Shown piece after piece: positions 1 through 13,194 of a DNA stretch of 64,000 bases (positions within the stretch are counted from its first letter, which is position 1; every line of letters begins with the position of its first letter). The stretch spans positions 133,114,001 to 133,178,000 of the forward strand of contig OX597819.1 of the NCBI GenBank assembly GCA_951406725.2. Reading direction: 5' to 3'. Under the pieces are notes generated by a model, which did no database searches, was not told the DNA's origin, and saw only the letters and a list, made by a program, of their open reading frames with translations. Source of the stretch: Octopus vulgaris (taxonomy: Eukaryota). A program made the translations under genes and the position numbers.

Positions 1-665
1 ACATACTGACACCATAGAACATATTAATTTCTGTAAATGAAGAAGATATAAATCTAAAAATTACATTATCGAGGTTTCGTATTACATTTTTGATAGATAT
101 ATATTATATATTTACAACTGCAGTCTATTTATACATATGTCGAATTTGGTGAATTAATAACAACTTATACTGTGGAGACTTAATTCCTATTGGCCACCGT
201 CTGACTGCGAATAAAAGTTAACAGTCAGATGTAATATCCTAAAAGGATAACTCAATGTCATCAGTTTGACGCCAGTTCCAGTTTTCTATTGTCTTCCTTC
301 GTTAGGACAGCTGCTGTCAGTGTTAATCATTTGGCACAATATTATGAAAGTGGGTTCTTGAGATATTTCGCTTTCTAATCTTGCTTTTCTGAAATCTTGG
401 CAAACCACAGAAATGCATGGATTTACGTTTAAAGATTCGTTGTATAAATCGCATTTACACAACGTTTGTCTATTAATGGACATTTAGAATCTGGTGCTGG
501 TAAATCGTTAAACAAATGTTCGAAAGCCTTTATTATACCAGGATTCTCATTAAGCATTGGAACCTCAGCGGATCAATACAGATTGCAGCCAGTGACAAAT
601 ATCCATCTCAGTGCGAAGTGGGTTCAAATCGAGGCTACTTCATGGCACAATATAAGTGGAGACTA

Positions 666-1066
666 AGGCGGCGAGCTGGTAGAATCGTTAGCACGCCGGG
701 CGAAATGCTTTGTGGTATTTCGTCTGCCGTTATGTTCTGAGTTCAAATTCCGCCGAGGTCGACTTTGCCTTTCATCCTTTCGGAGGTCGATAAATTAAGT
801 ACCAGTTACGCACTGGGGTCGATATAATCGACTTAATCCGTTTGACTCTCCTTGTTTGTTTTCTCTGTGATTAGCCCCTTGTGGGTAGTAAAGAAATAGG
901 TATTTCGTCTGTCTTTACGTTCTGAGTTCACATTTCGTCGAAGTCGAATTTGCCTTTGATCCTTTCGGAGGTCGATAAATTTAGTACCAGTTGCGTACTG
1001 GGGTCGATCTAATCAACTGCCCCCTGCCCCAAGTTTTCGTGCCTTGTGCTTTGATTAGAAAAGAAT
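666..1066 (+). mobile_element. tRNA-derived SINE, dimeric/nested form
   Basis: A-box-like head AGGCGGCGAGCTGGTAGAATCGTTAG, B-box-like GAGTTCAAATTCC, body GCCTTTCATCCTTTCGGAGGTCGATAAATTAAGTACCAG present twice. GGTATTTCGTCTG is repeated at 714-726 and 899-911. Homologous copies occur elsewhere in the window. Confidence 0.85.
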
Positions 1067-1260
1067 AAAAGTGGAGACAACCAAAAGCCAACTGGTTCAC
1101 ATGGTATTTAATCCCAAGCGTGGGTCCTAACAGGTGCTGCTCGTCTGGGTTAGAGTAGACCAACGAGTAATAGGGGCTAAAGGGGTAGTTTCACAGTCCT
1201 CAACACTCTGGAATCCTAGTACCAGGGCGCACAGCTGGAAGTAGTTTAAAGTCATACCTT

Positions 1261-1300
<40 letters not shown>

Positions 1301-2025
1301 AATGCTTAGGGTTGGAATACATATTCAAATGCTATTTTACTGTTCGAGATATCCATACAGAAGGAATATTACGAATGAATACATATATTTAGTGTCTGAC
1401 CAAGTGGTTTCAATGATAACCTTTATAGTTTTCATCCTGTCAAAAAACAAAGAAAAAACAATCCTTAATGATTTCCTCTGACAACATTACTGAAATATAC
1501 AACTTAATGCATTGCAAAAAGAGCAACTCTCGCAGACTTTATTCCTCTCTCACATTCACGTTCTCTGAGAGTTTCAGCCAATAAAATTAGAACCTTTACG
1601 TATAAGTTGCTCATTATCAGAGAAATACAGCACCATATATTCCCTGAATATTTTCGTTCTCTTTGGCCAGCGGTAACAGACAATTCGCCATAATATAAAT
1701 CGCAAAACAATTCAGACCGATTCCAATGAAGACTTCATATTTTTTCACCACATTTTATGATATTCTTGTGAAATGAGCCAATATGTGGTTTGTTGAAACT
1801 GATTTTTTTTTCAATAATCGTTATATTTTATCGATAACCAATACAATAAAATAACTGGTGTATTATACAAGAACTCACTCATTAGATCAACAACTAGAAA
1901 ATCATTCTCTCCTATACAGCCTGGCGTCTATGACTGCGTGAAACGACCGGATTAGCAATACTTTAAATGCTGTGAATAATAACCAATTCTTATACATACA
2001 TATGCATTATACATATACATACATC

Positions 2026-2059
<34 letters not shown>

Positions 2060-2418
2060 TATAATGTATGTGTGTTGCTAATACACATACGTACACACAC
2101 ACATACATACACGCACACGCATATATATATATATATATGTTGTTTTTTTAAAATTATTGTTAAGCATCGGATTTTCATGCGCAGCATCAGTGATGGTTTT
2201 CTTTTTGTTGTCTGAGTATTGTCCCCTTCCTTCTCTCGTTAGGAAAACTGGCGATTCTCACGGAAAAGCAGCCATAACAATGAGAGCCTGGTGCTGGGTT
2301 AACATCGACAATCCTGCAAAGCAAATACAAAAGCGGACTCTTTCATCGTACGTCAACATCAATAACAGTTTGCAGGTTTATGCATGCATGTCTGTGCAGA
2401 CATAAAACATACTGATTG

Positions 2419-2493
2419 GTGTTGTTGTTGTTGTTGTTGTTGTTGTTCTTCTTCTTCTTCTTCTTCTTGTTCTTCTTCTTCTTCTTCTTCTTC

Positions 2494-2561
<68 letters not shown>

Positions 2562-2570
2562 AATAATGAT
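2419..2570. repeat. compound microsatellite (GTT)n(CTT)n(AAT)n
   Basis: Read directly; the (AAT)n part abuts the R4/Dong element. Confidence 0.95.
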
Positions 2571-3553
2571 AAGGTGAAAATAATGGCAACGAAAAAAGAG
2601 CACGAGCAATTGGCTGATAGGTGGGAGGAGAAACCTCTGCACGGCAAATATGTGGCCCGCAGCAAACAAGCTGATGTTGACCAGAAGCAAACCCATCAGT
2701 GGCTACGGAGCTCAGGGCTAAAAGCAGCGAGCGAAGGTTTCATCCTGGCTGCTCAAGATCAAAGCTTATTAACCCGGAACTACCAGGCCAATGTGATGAA
2801 AAATGGAGCAGACCCAAAATGCCGATTCTGCAACGACATGATTGAAACAGTGGACCACCAAATCTCTGGATGTAAAGTCTTAGCCCCAGTGGAGTATAAA
2901 TTAAGACATGACAGAGTTGGCCAATATCTACACTGGCTAATAAGTCGGCATTACAATATCAAATCTGCCGACAAGTGGTATAATCACCACCCTGCAGCTG
3001 TAACTGAAGGAGAAAATGTAACGATTCTGTGGGACTTTCCAGTACATACAGACCGAACCATCAAAGCCAATCAACCAGATATTGTTGTGAAAGATTAAAA
3101 CAATAAAGTTTGCTTATTGATCGGCATGAGCATCCCCTGTGATCATAATATCTCGGCGAAAGAGTTTGACAAGCTCAGAAAATATAAAGACCTGCTCATT
3201 GAAATTGAGAAAATGTGGCATCTCAAGGCGGTTACAATACCAGTGATCGTAGGAGCACTAGGAATGATCAAGAAGGGAATCGAAAATTATATGAGAATGA
3301 TCCCTGGCTTACCATCCCTGCAAGAAGTGCAAAAGATTGTCTTAACTGGTACATCACACGTATTGAGAAGAGCATTGTCGATGTGAGAACTATTACCACC
3401 CATGTATTTTAATTTAACTTTTAAAAAAAAAATTGAACGAACTATTGAGTTTAGTTTAATGGCCTACCAATGTATACTATGAGTTTCTCTGCTCTAGTAG
3501 TCTGGAAGACACTCGGCAAGAAATGGAAGCAAATTTGAAAGAAGAAAAAAAAG

Positions 3554-3554
<1 letters not shown>
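2571..3554 (+). mobile_element. 5'-truncated R4/Dong-clade non-LTR retrotransposon (C-terminal CCHC + restriction-like endonuclease), copy 1
   Basis: ORFs 2574-3098 and 3117-3386 contain EGFILAAQDQSL, CRFC...H..SGC (CCHC), RHD, QPDIVV and K..KY RLE motifs. An in-frame stop splits them. Flanked by (AAT)n on both sides. Confidence 0.9.
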
Positions 3555-3621
<67 letters not shown>

Positions 3622-3629
3622 AATGATAA

Positions 3630-6600
3630 AAACAATGTGACAACAGAAATGAACGGACCGGTACCCTACGAAAATGACGACCGTCAAAATAAAGGCCGGA
3701 CGTTGTCCCTCATGTCCCGCAAATGAAATCCAAAAGACATAAATGGACACGTGAGGAATACATTTCTATCCTACATACTTATTTTACAGCAGTGCTCTAC
3801 CCAAAGAATGAAAACACAAAAACACATACATATAAAATATGGAAGGAAAACAACATAAATATAGACTTGGATACAGCAATGAACCCTAACAAACTAGCAA
3901 ATATACGGAGATATATTCTCAACGCAAAAAAAATATCAGAAATAGAAATAGAACATCTAAAAGAAAAAATACATCAGGAAAATGTAGATAGAAGCCAGAC
4001 AACAATGCCCAATAATATAAACACTGAAACAGTAAAACACGAAGACAAATGTTACACGAGAAACAAACATACAAATAAGAAAGAAAACGACACAAATCTA
4101 AAACCTGGAAACAATGAAGGGGAGCCTAATGAATATGATAATATAAAAAGTAGAATAATCAAAGAACTGAAAACCACAGAGCTCAAAATGGACCACCGAC
4201 CATACCTCCCAAAAATCAAAATAGACGAAACAACAACACCAATTATAAACAGCATTAACCTAGCCGTCACGGAACTAATAGCCACTGAAACAAAAAGCGA
4301 TATCACTGAGCTAAATGACTTAGTATACGCAGCAGCCACTGCAGCCACAAAAGAAGCTGGATACTCACTCAAACCCGTCCAAACAGAAGTACCACCACCC
4401 AAACAAACCCTGTGGATAAATAACATCCAAAACAAAATACAAAAAGTAAAAAAAATCTGTCGATTCTCAATGAAATCAGTAGACAATCAACGCTACTGAG
4501 CAACAAAAAGAAAACAAAAATACTCCGCAAACACAACATCACACAAAAATATTTACCTGAGATAAAAGAAAAGCTAAAGCAAGATATCCTTGCCAAAGCA
4601 CAAAGGATCCGCCGGTACGAGAAACGCCAGCGCTTCTTTGAACAAAACAAAAAGTTCTACCAAGAACTTGGCAAAAATAAAATAGAAATCACTGCGGCAC
4701 CAACGGTAGAAGTGGAAGAATTCTGGAGAGAAATATGGTCGGCGAACGAACAACCAAAAAAGAAGAATTTTAAAATAACAAACTCAGCGTCTGAGCAACT
4801 TTGGACCCCCATAACAACTGAAGAGGTCACCCAGGCACTGCAAAGACTATGCAACTGGAAGGCACCTGGGCATGACAAGATCCCCAACTTCTGGTTGAAA
4901 TATCTAACAGGAATGCACAAAAAAACTGTAACAACATACTAGCAGAGCCAGAGACAATGCCTGAATGGCTCACGAAGGGGAAAACCATCTTAATTCCCAA
5001 ATCAAATGAAACAGCAAAACCAGAAAACTACAGACCAATAACCTGTCTTCCTACAATGTACAAGACTTTTACTGCAGTGATATCGCAACGGGTGAACAAG
5101 CACCTGGACGAAAACAACCTGTTTCCAGAAGAGCAGAAAGGATGCCGCAAAGGCTCATACGGCTGTAAAGATCAACTAATGATCAATACAGCCATAACTG
5201 AAGACAGCCACAGAAAGAAGAAAGGCCTCAGTATGGCCTGGATCGACTACGAAAATGCGTTTGATAGAATCCCCCACATATGGATCCTCGAAACACTAGC
5301 CATTAACAAAGTAGCACCAACAATTATAAAATTCATTGGGCACTCTATGAATAAATGGCAAACAGTGCTACAGCTCCAAACAAAAGAGGGACTCATGAAA
5401 ACCAAAGCCATCCCCATTAGAAGAGGAATATTCCAGGGAGACACGCTCTCTCCACTCCTTTTCAGCTTGGCACTGTCACCTCTATCTGATATGCTAAATA
5501 GAACTGGATGCGGATATAAATGTTACGGCAAAACGATCAGCCACCTTTTATATATGGATAACCTAAAACTATACGCTGCAAATGACAAACAGCTGGAAAC
5601 ACTATTAAAGACAGTTCATGGATTTACCAAAGAAATAGATATGAAATTTAGATTAGAAAAATGCGCCAAAGTAACCATGAAAAGAGGAAAACTAGTTAAG
5701 AGTAACAACATCACACTAGATAAAACCAATGAAATAAAAGAATTGGACCAAAGCCAAACTTACAAATACTTAGGAATCCATGAACTAGATAAGACACAAC
5801 ACACACAAATGAAAGAGAAAATAAAAAAAGAATATTATAGACGAGTTAGATCAATACTAAAAACAGAGCTCAATGCTAAAAACAAGATAATAGTTATTAA
5901 CACTTTAGCTGTCCCAGTTATAAGTTACAGCTACAATATCCTTAACTGGACACTAAATGAACTGACCAAAATAGATAGGAAAACAAGAAAAATAATGACA
6001 GGGTCTAGGATGCATCACCCAAAATCTGACATAGAAAGACTATATATACAACGTATAGAAGGTGGTAGAGGCCTTATACAGCTGGTAAACTACTATAAAA
6101 TAACCACCATAGGACTGCAAAAATATCTACTTCAGAAGGAAGGAAAACTGATCCAGATAGCAGCAAAACACGAGCAAAACAAAAAACTGTTGTCAGTATT
6201 TAAGGAAGCTGACAAATACAAACAAGAAATCATACCACTTAACAAATATAAAGAAGAAGAAGAAGAAGAAGAAGAAAAAGAAGAAGAAGAAGAAGAAGAA
6301 GAAGAAGAAGAAGAAGAAGAAGAAGAAGAAGAAAAAACAAAAGCTATAAAACAAATGAAATCCAAACTAAAACTAGAACAGCAAAGAACCATGATAAAAC
6401 GATGGCAAGAAAAACCCCTTCACGGTAAATACTGGACTAAACTAAATGCAAAAGAAATAGACAAAGAAAAATCCCAGCAATGGTTGAGAAGCTCAGGACT
6501 CAAAGCAGAGTCAGAGGGATTTTTAATTGCAGCACAAGACCAAAGCCTCCCCACCAGAAATTGCCAAAAACATGTAATGAAAAGAAATATTACAAGTAAC

Positions 6601-7230
6601 TGCAGAGTATGTGGAGATGGACAAGAAACAATAAATCATATTATCTCTAGCTGCCCAGTCCTGGCTAAGAAGGAATATATTCACAGACGTGACAGAGTTG
6701 GAACCTACATACACTGGAGGCTATGCCAACATTATGGAATAACAACAGAAAAAAGATGTTAGGCACACACCAGAAAAGGTCACAGAAAACGAAAAAGCAA
6801 CCATACTTTGGGATATGCCGATACACACAGATAGAGAAATTAAGGCCAACAGACCAGATATAGTTGTCAGAGATCATGAAGAAAAAAAATGCTTTCTAAT
6901 TGATGTATCAATACCGGAAGATGACAACGTGTCTCTAAAAGAAATGGAGAAACTCTCAAAATACAAAGACCTGGAAATGGAGGTAACCAGAATGTGGAAT
7001 CTAAAAACAGAAACAATTCCTATCATAGTAGGTGCATTACGCATGATAAAAAAATATTCAGACAAATACATAACAAAAACACCAGGACTACATGGCATTG
7101 CACACATCCTACGCAGAACACTTTCCATACAATAACCATCAGAGCATCACAACAAATCACAGCACATACCCAAGGCACACAGAGCTGCGCTCGGTAGTGA
7201 AGTGAAAGCACGCTATAAAAAATAAAACTC
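3630..7230 (+). mobile_element. near full-length, disrupted R4/Dong-clade non-LTR retrotransposon, copy 2
   Basis: Colinear fragments 3723-4499, 4712-4942 (NWKAPGHD), 4957-6762 (RT: YRPITCL, QGDTLSP, YMDNLKLY; CCHC) and 6815-7135 (RPDIVV...IDVSIP...KLSKY). Preceded by (AAT)n. Confidence 0.92.
4957..6762 (+). pseudogene. reverse transcriptase ORF fragment of the R4/Dong element
   Basis: RT motifs present, but catalytic YMDD reads YMDN. Stops at 4942 and 6762. In-frame (GAA)n poly-Glu expansion at about 6251-6333. Confidence 0.85.
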
Positions 7231-7342
7231 AACCACAACATAAACTTTCCGCGTGTAATCGCACGCATAGAATGAATATATGCTCTTCTTTGCTGTCACG
7301 TCTCACGAATGAACCTTTTTGGGGACCCTCTCTACATGTCTA

Positions 7343-8383
7343 TTGGGTCATCCCATAAGTAATGCGGTTTTTATACTTCTTTTTATTTTTCAAAATTAAG
7401 ATAAAGAAATTCCTTTTTAATCTGAAACATACTCCCCTTCATTTTCTACAATGCTCTTCCATCTATCTAGTAGACTTGCAAGGCCCCTTTTCCAAAATAC
7501 ACTTGTCCGTGACGAAAAATGACTCCTCCAGTACTGTTCTGACCTCGTCTACAGAATTCATATTTTCCCCGTCCAAATGATTTTGGAGACTGCAGAATAA
7601 ATGATAATCAGATGCGGCAACGTCAGGCGAATATGGTGGGTGGGGCATCGTTTCTCATTCAAACTGCTTCAGCCTTTGGAATGTCATCTTTGTTGTATGT
7701 GGCCGAGAATTATCCTGACGGAAGAACACCTTTCGTCTTGAAACCAAAGATGGTCGTTTTTCTTTAGTGCTGACTTAAGCCGCTCAAGTTGCTCGCAGTA
7801 GATCTCCTTTGTTGTCCTTTGGTTTGAGTTAAAAAGTTCAAATTGGACAAAACCTTTCATATACCAACCAAACAGATAACAACACCTTACGTGGGTGAAG
7901 TCCATCTGTTGCCTGGGGTGCTGGTGTTTCTCCTTTCCCTTCCCACTGTCTTCGGTGTTTGACATTTTTATAGAGAACCCATTTCTCGTTATCAATTCCT
8001 ATTCGGTTCAAAAGGATTCATTCGTGAGACGTGACATTAAAATAGAGCACACATTCACTCTCTGCGCGCGATTAGACTCAGAAGGTTTATGAGGAACCCA
8101 TTGACCTAATTTTCTGACTTTTCCTATGGGACGCATCAGTCGATGAATGGTTAAATGACCAAATCCAAGCTTCTCTGCTAGTTCCTCAACAGTTACGATG
8201 AGATTTTGTTCCAAAAGGGTCTGAAAGACGTCCTTGCTGAGCTTGACAGAACTTTCAGGACGAGGCACGTCTTGTAGGCTATAGTTTCGGGCCCAGAATG
8301 TCCGATACCCAAATACTGCACAAATTGTTGCCTTTATTGAAATCATAACGCAAAATATGTCGAATATGCTTCTTTGTCACCTC
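7343..8383 (-). mobile_element. degenerate mariner (DD34D) transposon
   Basis: Minus-strand fragments carry WVPH (GQWVPHK) and HPPYSPDVAASDYHLF motifs and an N-terminal EVTKKHIRHILRYDFNKG. TA followed by TIR-like TTGGGTCATCCCATAAGTAATGCGGTTTTT at 7341-7372; the other TIR is missing. Confidence 0.9.
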
Positions 8384-8535
8384 CTTTATACAGAATATAC
8401 AGACATGCGTATATACAGATATATATATATATATTCCTTTATCTTATATGTTTCAGCCATGAGGCTGCGGCAATGCTGGAACACCGCCAGTGTAATACAT
8501 GCATGCATGCATACATACATACATACATACATACA

Positions 8536-9088
8536 TGGTGGCTGCCCCCTCGTTATCGAGTATGGCCATTGCACGAAGCTTAATCAATGTTGTTATCGTG
8601 CAATGCCTGTGCCAGAAGATTTTTTTTTAAAGTGAGGAAAGGCTGTGCACGGAGTCAATCCCACCCACTAAGCAACAGCAGCCATAATCCGAAAAGAAGA
8701 ACAAGTCAACATCATCGGTAACCACTAAGCCGCAGGTTTTATGTCGGGGTTATCCCAGTTACCTGAGTTACCTTCTCCTAGAAGAATGCCCTAACAAAGG
8801 CTAGAAGTCCTTCACTCCCAATGGTTTAACCGCGCGATCGGGTATTGAGTCCGCTTATTTCTATGTCCCCGCATATGATACAGCCCTAAGACATTTATTG
8901 GATGGTCGTTGACTCTCAAGAGTTCCTCCGCCCTTTGACGGGTTTTGTTTTTCATCGCGCAGGGTGTCCAATAAACACCCTCCTCACCAAGCAAGCTTGG
9001 TGGGGTTGCCGGTTTAGTCGCCGACGACCCGACCATGCAACAGGTTGTACATGGTTACATGTTACCAGTAGCACTCAAAAGTGACCTG
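8536..9088 (-). mobile_element. non-autonomous RTE-derived element (5'UTR-like region joined to a 3' tail)
   Basis: GC-rich 550-bp block between (ACAT)n runs, with no long ORF. Contains CTAGGAGAAGGTAACTC, which resembles the RTE 5'UTR motif (from memory). Confidence 0.55.
9009..9086 (-). ncRNA. candidate HDV-like ribozyme
   Basis: Minus-strand order GGTCAC...CCATGT-ACA-ACCTGT-TGC-ATGGTC-GG-GTCGTCGGCGA-CTAA-ACCGG fits P1-P2-P3-L3-P1'-P1.1-P4-J4/2-P2'. P1 and P2 pair imperfectly. Confidence 0.4.
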
Positions 9089-9103
9089 ACATACATACAT
9101 ACA

Positions 9104-9155
<52 letters not shown>

Positions 9156-9187
9156 CATATATATATATATACATACATATATACATA

Positions 9188-9230
<43 letters not shown>

Positions 9231-9239
9231 TATATATGG

Positions 9240-10481
9240 GTGTGTGTGATTGTGTATAGAAGAATATATTAATAAAAAGAATTCCAACCTTGTCTGATTT
9301 TCACGTTTTATTTACAATCTTATAATGATATATTATAAGATAATATATTATAATTGAATAAAATAAAATGAAATAGTAGAATGTTAAATATTCATTCTGA
9401 TTGAACTAGTACTTTCATGCATTGAATTCTGCAATCTTCGGGTTCATGTAGTAGTGTTGACAGTCATGCTTCACAATTTTTGACTGTAGCAAGATAGTGA
9501 TTCTGTGCTATAAATACAGCTGGGTAGGCTCCAGAGTGCTAGGTTTTGCAAACTGTATTCTGACCAATCAGTGTGTAGTATCACTCAATTACTTAAGCTG
9601 ATTGGTTGGTTGAGCTGATTGGTTTAGGCATCACGCTTTGTTGGACAGGTCAAGAGTCCTGTATCTTGACCCTGGCCAAGCAGCAATTGTTGGGTTATTT
9701 TTAGAAATGTTGTAAATATCCTTTGTCAGAGATTTTTATATTTTTATATTTCAATTGTCATCATCATCATTGTCAGCACCTTAATTATTGTTGCTAGTGG
9801 TGATGGTGGTGGCAATAGAACTTTTAACCCTAAATAAGATAATTTTCCTGCTATCTTCGTCTTGATCACCTTTATATTGTTGTTGTTGTTAGTGGTCATG
9901 GTCGTAGCAGTGGATAATACCTCTAAGTATTATTATTATTGCTTATTTAGCTTGGGTTCGAATTTATCAATAAAATTCTTTTCTCTGATTTTCCTCTCGA
10001 TTTCACTTGGGCTGTGTAATTTGTAGAATGGAAATATTATATATATTTTCCGACCACATGTTGCTAGGTGGTTACTCAAAGGTATCTGACGGACCTCTGG
10101 GTCTCTAATCTGTTGCCGGTGTACACGTGAGCGTTCTAATAGTGCGTTTCCCGTCTGACCTACATATATTTCTTCACAATTTGGGCATTTGATGCAGTAA
10201 ATTAAATTTCTGCTTTTGCAGTTCATATTCGCGTTTGTGAATATTTTCCGGTTTTTGTGTTTATATATTGACCGGTATGTATGAATTGGCATGTGCCACA
10301 TCGGCTATCATTGCATTTAGATACCGTGAATGTTTGGTCTTTGTTGCTGAGGTCAAATTTTGCCTTTGTTAGTAATGTTTTCAAGTTTTTAGGCTGTCTT
10401 TTACTAAGCACCATAGCTCGATCCTTGATTATGTCTTTTAATTCATTACTTTGGGCAATGATTGGTAGGTTTGCTTTGGCA

Positions 10482-10484
<3 letters not shown>
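9240..10484 (-). mobile_element. 5'-truncated Penelope-like element (GIY-YIG endonuclease + 3' region)
   Basis: ORF 9936-10301: NLIYCIKCPNCEEIYVGQT...R..VH...H...E..FI..F.P.LN. Frameshifted upstream part includes a C..SRCGTC linker. Both ends abut (TA)n. Confidence 0.88.
9402..9446 (-). ncRNA. minimal type I hammerhead ribozyme variant in the Penelope 3' region
   Basis: TGAAC-CCGAAGA-TTGCA..TGCAT-GAAA-GTAC-TA-GTTCA; core reads CCGAAGA instead of CTGAAGA. Confidence 0.6.
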
Positions 10485-10550
<66 letters not shown>

Positions 10551-10570
10551 TACATATATATATATATATA

Positions 10571-10875
10571 TCACCGTCACCGTCACCGACCAGGCTATCA
10601 GATGTCGCTACACATCGCTGGTCACAATGCGCTTCGCATTGTTTTAGCCATCAAATTTCGCCACCCCGCTGGCTAAGCGAGCAGGCCAACAGAAGAAAGA
10701 GTTAGAGAAAGTTGTGGCGAAAGAGTACAGCAGGGATCGCCACCACCCCCTGCTAGAGCATCGTGGAGCTTTAGGTGTTTTTGCTCAATAAACACTCACA
10801 ACGCTCGGTCTGGAAATCGAAACCGCGATCCTACGACCGCGAGTCCGCTGCCCTAACCACTGGGCCATTGCGCCT

Positions 10876-10879
<4 letters not shown>
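10571..10879 (-). mobile_element. tRNA-derived SINE (second family)
   Basis: Minus-strand head GGAGGCGCAATGGCCCAGTGGTTAGGGCAGCGGACTCGCGG...GGTTTCGATTTCC (A/B boxes); (GACGGT)n tail. Confidence 0.85.
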
Positions 10880-10923
<44 letters not shown>

Positions 10924-11566
10924 CTTTATGTATGTATGTATGTACACAGGGTACATCTAAACACATAAGAGGTAACCGTCATAGGAATCCTGGCACGCTA
11001 GAAGGAACAGCCAAAATCCAAACCACTATTAGGGATAAAAATTTCGAAGGGAATGAAAAATAAAACCATGTACCATCTATCTCCTGAACCATGGTTTCTG
11101 ACTTTATTTTGACAAATAAAATAATTTGCTAGGCGGAGTCTTCATCAACAGGTACACCTAGATTAAACATATAAGTACAATTTTCGCAATAACGATAGTA
11201 TTATATTTTGCTGCCGACAAAAAACTGCGCTTGCGCGGTGGATTTGAATTAGGTATACATTAATAGAATAAACTGTCGGTTTTCCAAATAGCAAATGAAA
11301 ACTTAAAAGAGAAAGTGAGAGACTTTGCAAATGAGAATGGAATAATCCGCAGTGAAAGCAATGAATATTTAAATTTGTGAAACTTGAGAAATGAAAATTA
11401 TAGGAAATTTCTTAGAACTTAAATTTATAAAAGATATTTCAAGTCAGTCAACTCTTTGATGATTGCTTTCTTTTAGTACTTTTAGTAATTGTTTTCTACC
11501 TAATTAATAAGTAGCTTTCTCCATTATAGTAGAGACATACATATATACATATACATATAAATATAA

Positions 11567-11622
<56 letters not shown>

Positions 11623-11671
11623 ATATGTATGCTATGCATATAAACACATATATAAGTATATATACATACAT

Positions 11672-11738
<67 letters not shown>

Positions 11739-12931
11739 TACTTACATATGTGTATGTGTTAGGATATACGATATACGTGTTGATGGGTGAAAAAGTTAAA
11801 GTAATTAAAGAATTCGAACATTTTGAAAGTATTTGATGTTTGTTTCTTTATATATTTCTTAACAATTTTTATCAGTCGCAAGTTCTCCAGCACTTCCAGG
11901 GGAAAAAAACCGATTGTTATGTGAATATATGTTGAGAAGAACGAAAATATGGAAATCAGTAGTGTAAGAAAATAAATAAAGTTATGATGGTAAAGTCTGA
12001 AAGCGCGTGAGGTTAAAGTAGAAACTCGAAGAACCGTCTAATTGTATCAAGAGATGAAAGCGAACAACATAGAAGTTACATACAGACTTAAAATAGATGA
12101 ACGAGTGTAGAATTAGAAAACAGAACAGTTAAAAATAAAATTTATATATGTATTAAAAAAATATGTCAGTCAGCTATTTACTGAAATTTAAGGAAGCTTT
12201 TTTTTTTTTTTTTGAAATTGATAAAAGTAATTTACGTGAAAGCGTTTTTGTATTTATGAAAGTATGATCCATGTGAAGACTTGAATGTTTGAGTAAGTAA
12301 AGAAAGAGCAAGTAAAATGCGTAGATTAATATAGAGGTAAGAGCATTTGGTGGATGTGAAATTAATGGCATAGTAATATTATTAGTTCATTTGATGAGGA
12401 ACAAAAATAACCATTTTAAATGGCATAGTGTTATTGTTGCATTGATTAAATATATTGTAGACTGCTGTACAATAGATTATAATAAGCATTGATAAAAAAA
12501 CTGAAGGAGCAAAATGAAATTTATCATGTTATAGCTGGTGGTGGGGTGGAATAAGAAAGAGTAATTATACACAAATATACGTCACAAAATTAAAATACAA
12601 AAATAGAGTCGAGATAAAGTAAAAGGAATCTCTGAATGAAATGAAGTTGAGAGATATGTCCGCTTGTATAAATTACTGGTGCGAAAGATGGGAGAGAATG
12701 AATTATCGTTTGAAGATGTAATAGAGAGGGACATTACCAATATGGCCTTAAGATATAGAAATAAGAAAAATAAATTCGCAAAAGGTATACGAAAATAAGA
12801 AAACAAAAAATGAAAAATATTCTGAATACAGAAACGTGAAGATGTATGAATGCAGATATCTAGTAGAAACCCAGTTATGTGCAAACGCTTTAACAGATAA
12901 CAATATTATATAAAATATAATATAAAATAAT

Positions 12932-12981
<50 letters not shown>

Positions 12982-13147
12982 AAAATAAGGTGCGGACCGG
13001 GATTTGTTAGGAATGCATTTCGAAAAATCTAAAAAAAAAAAAAATACAAGGAAAGGTATCTTAGTTTATGACCTAAATTTCTTCAAGATGTTAACAGCTA
13101 AAAGTACAAATGAATAGAATGTGGTGAAGAAACATATCATGAGTTGT

Positions 13148-13194
<47 letters not shown>

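Noticed and set aside
10800-10879. tRNA gene
   Set aside because: The tRNA-like head continues into a SINE body and tail, and I could not draw a complete cloverleaf. The same applies to the other SINE heads.
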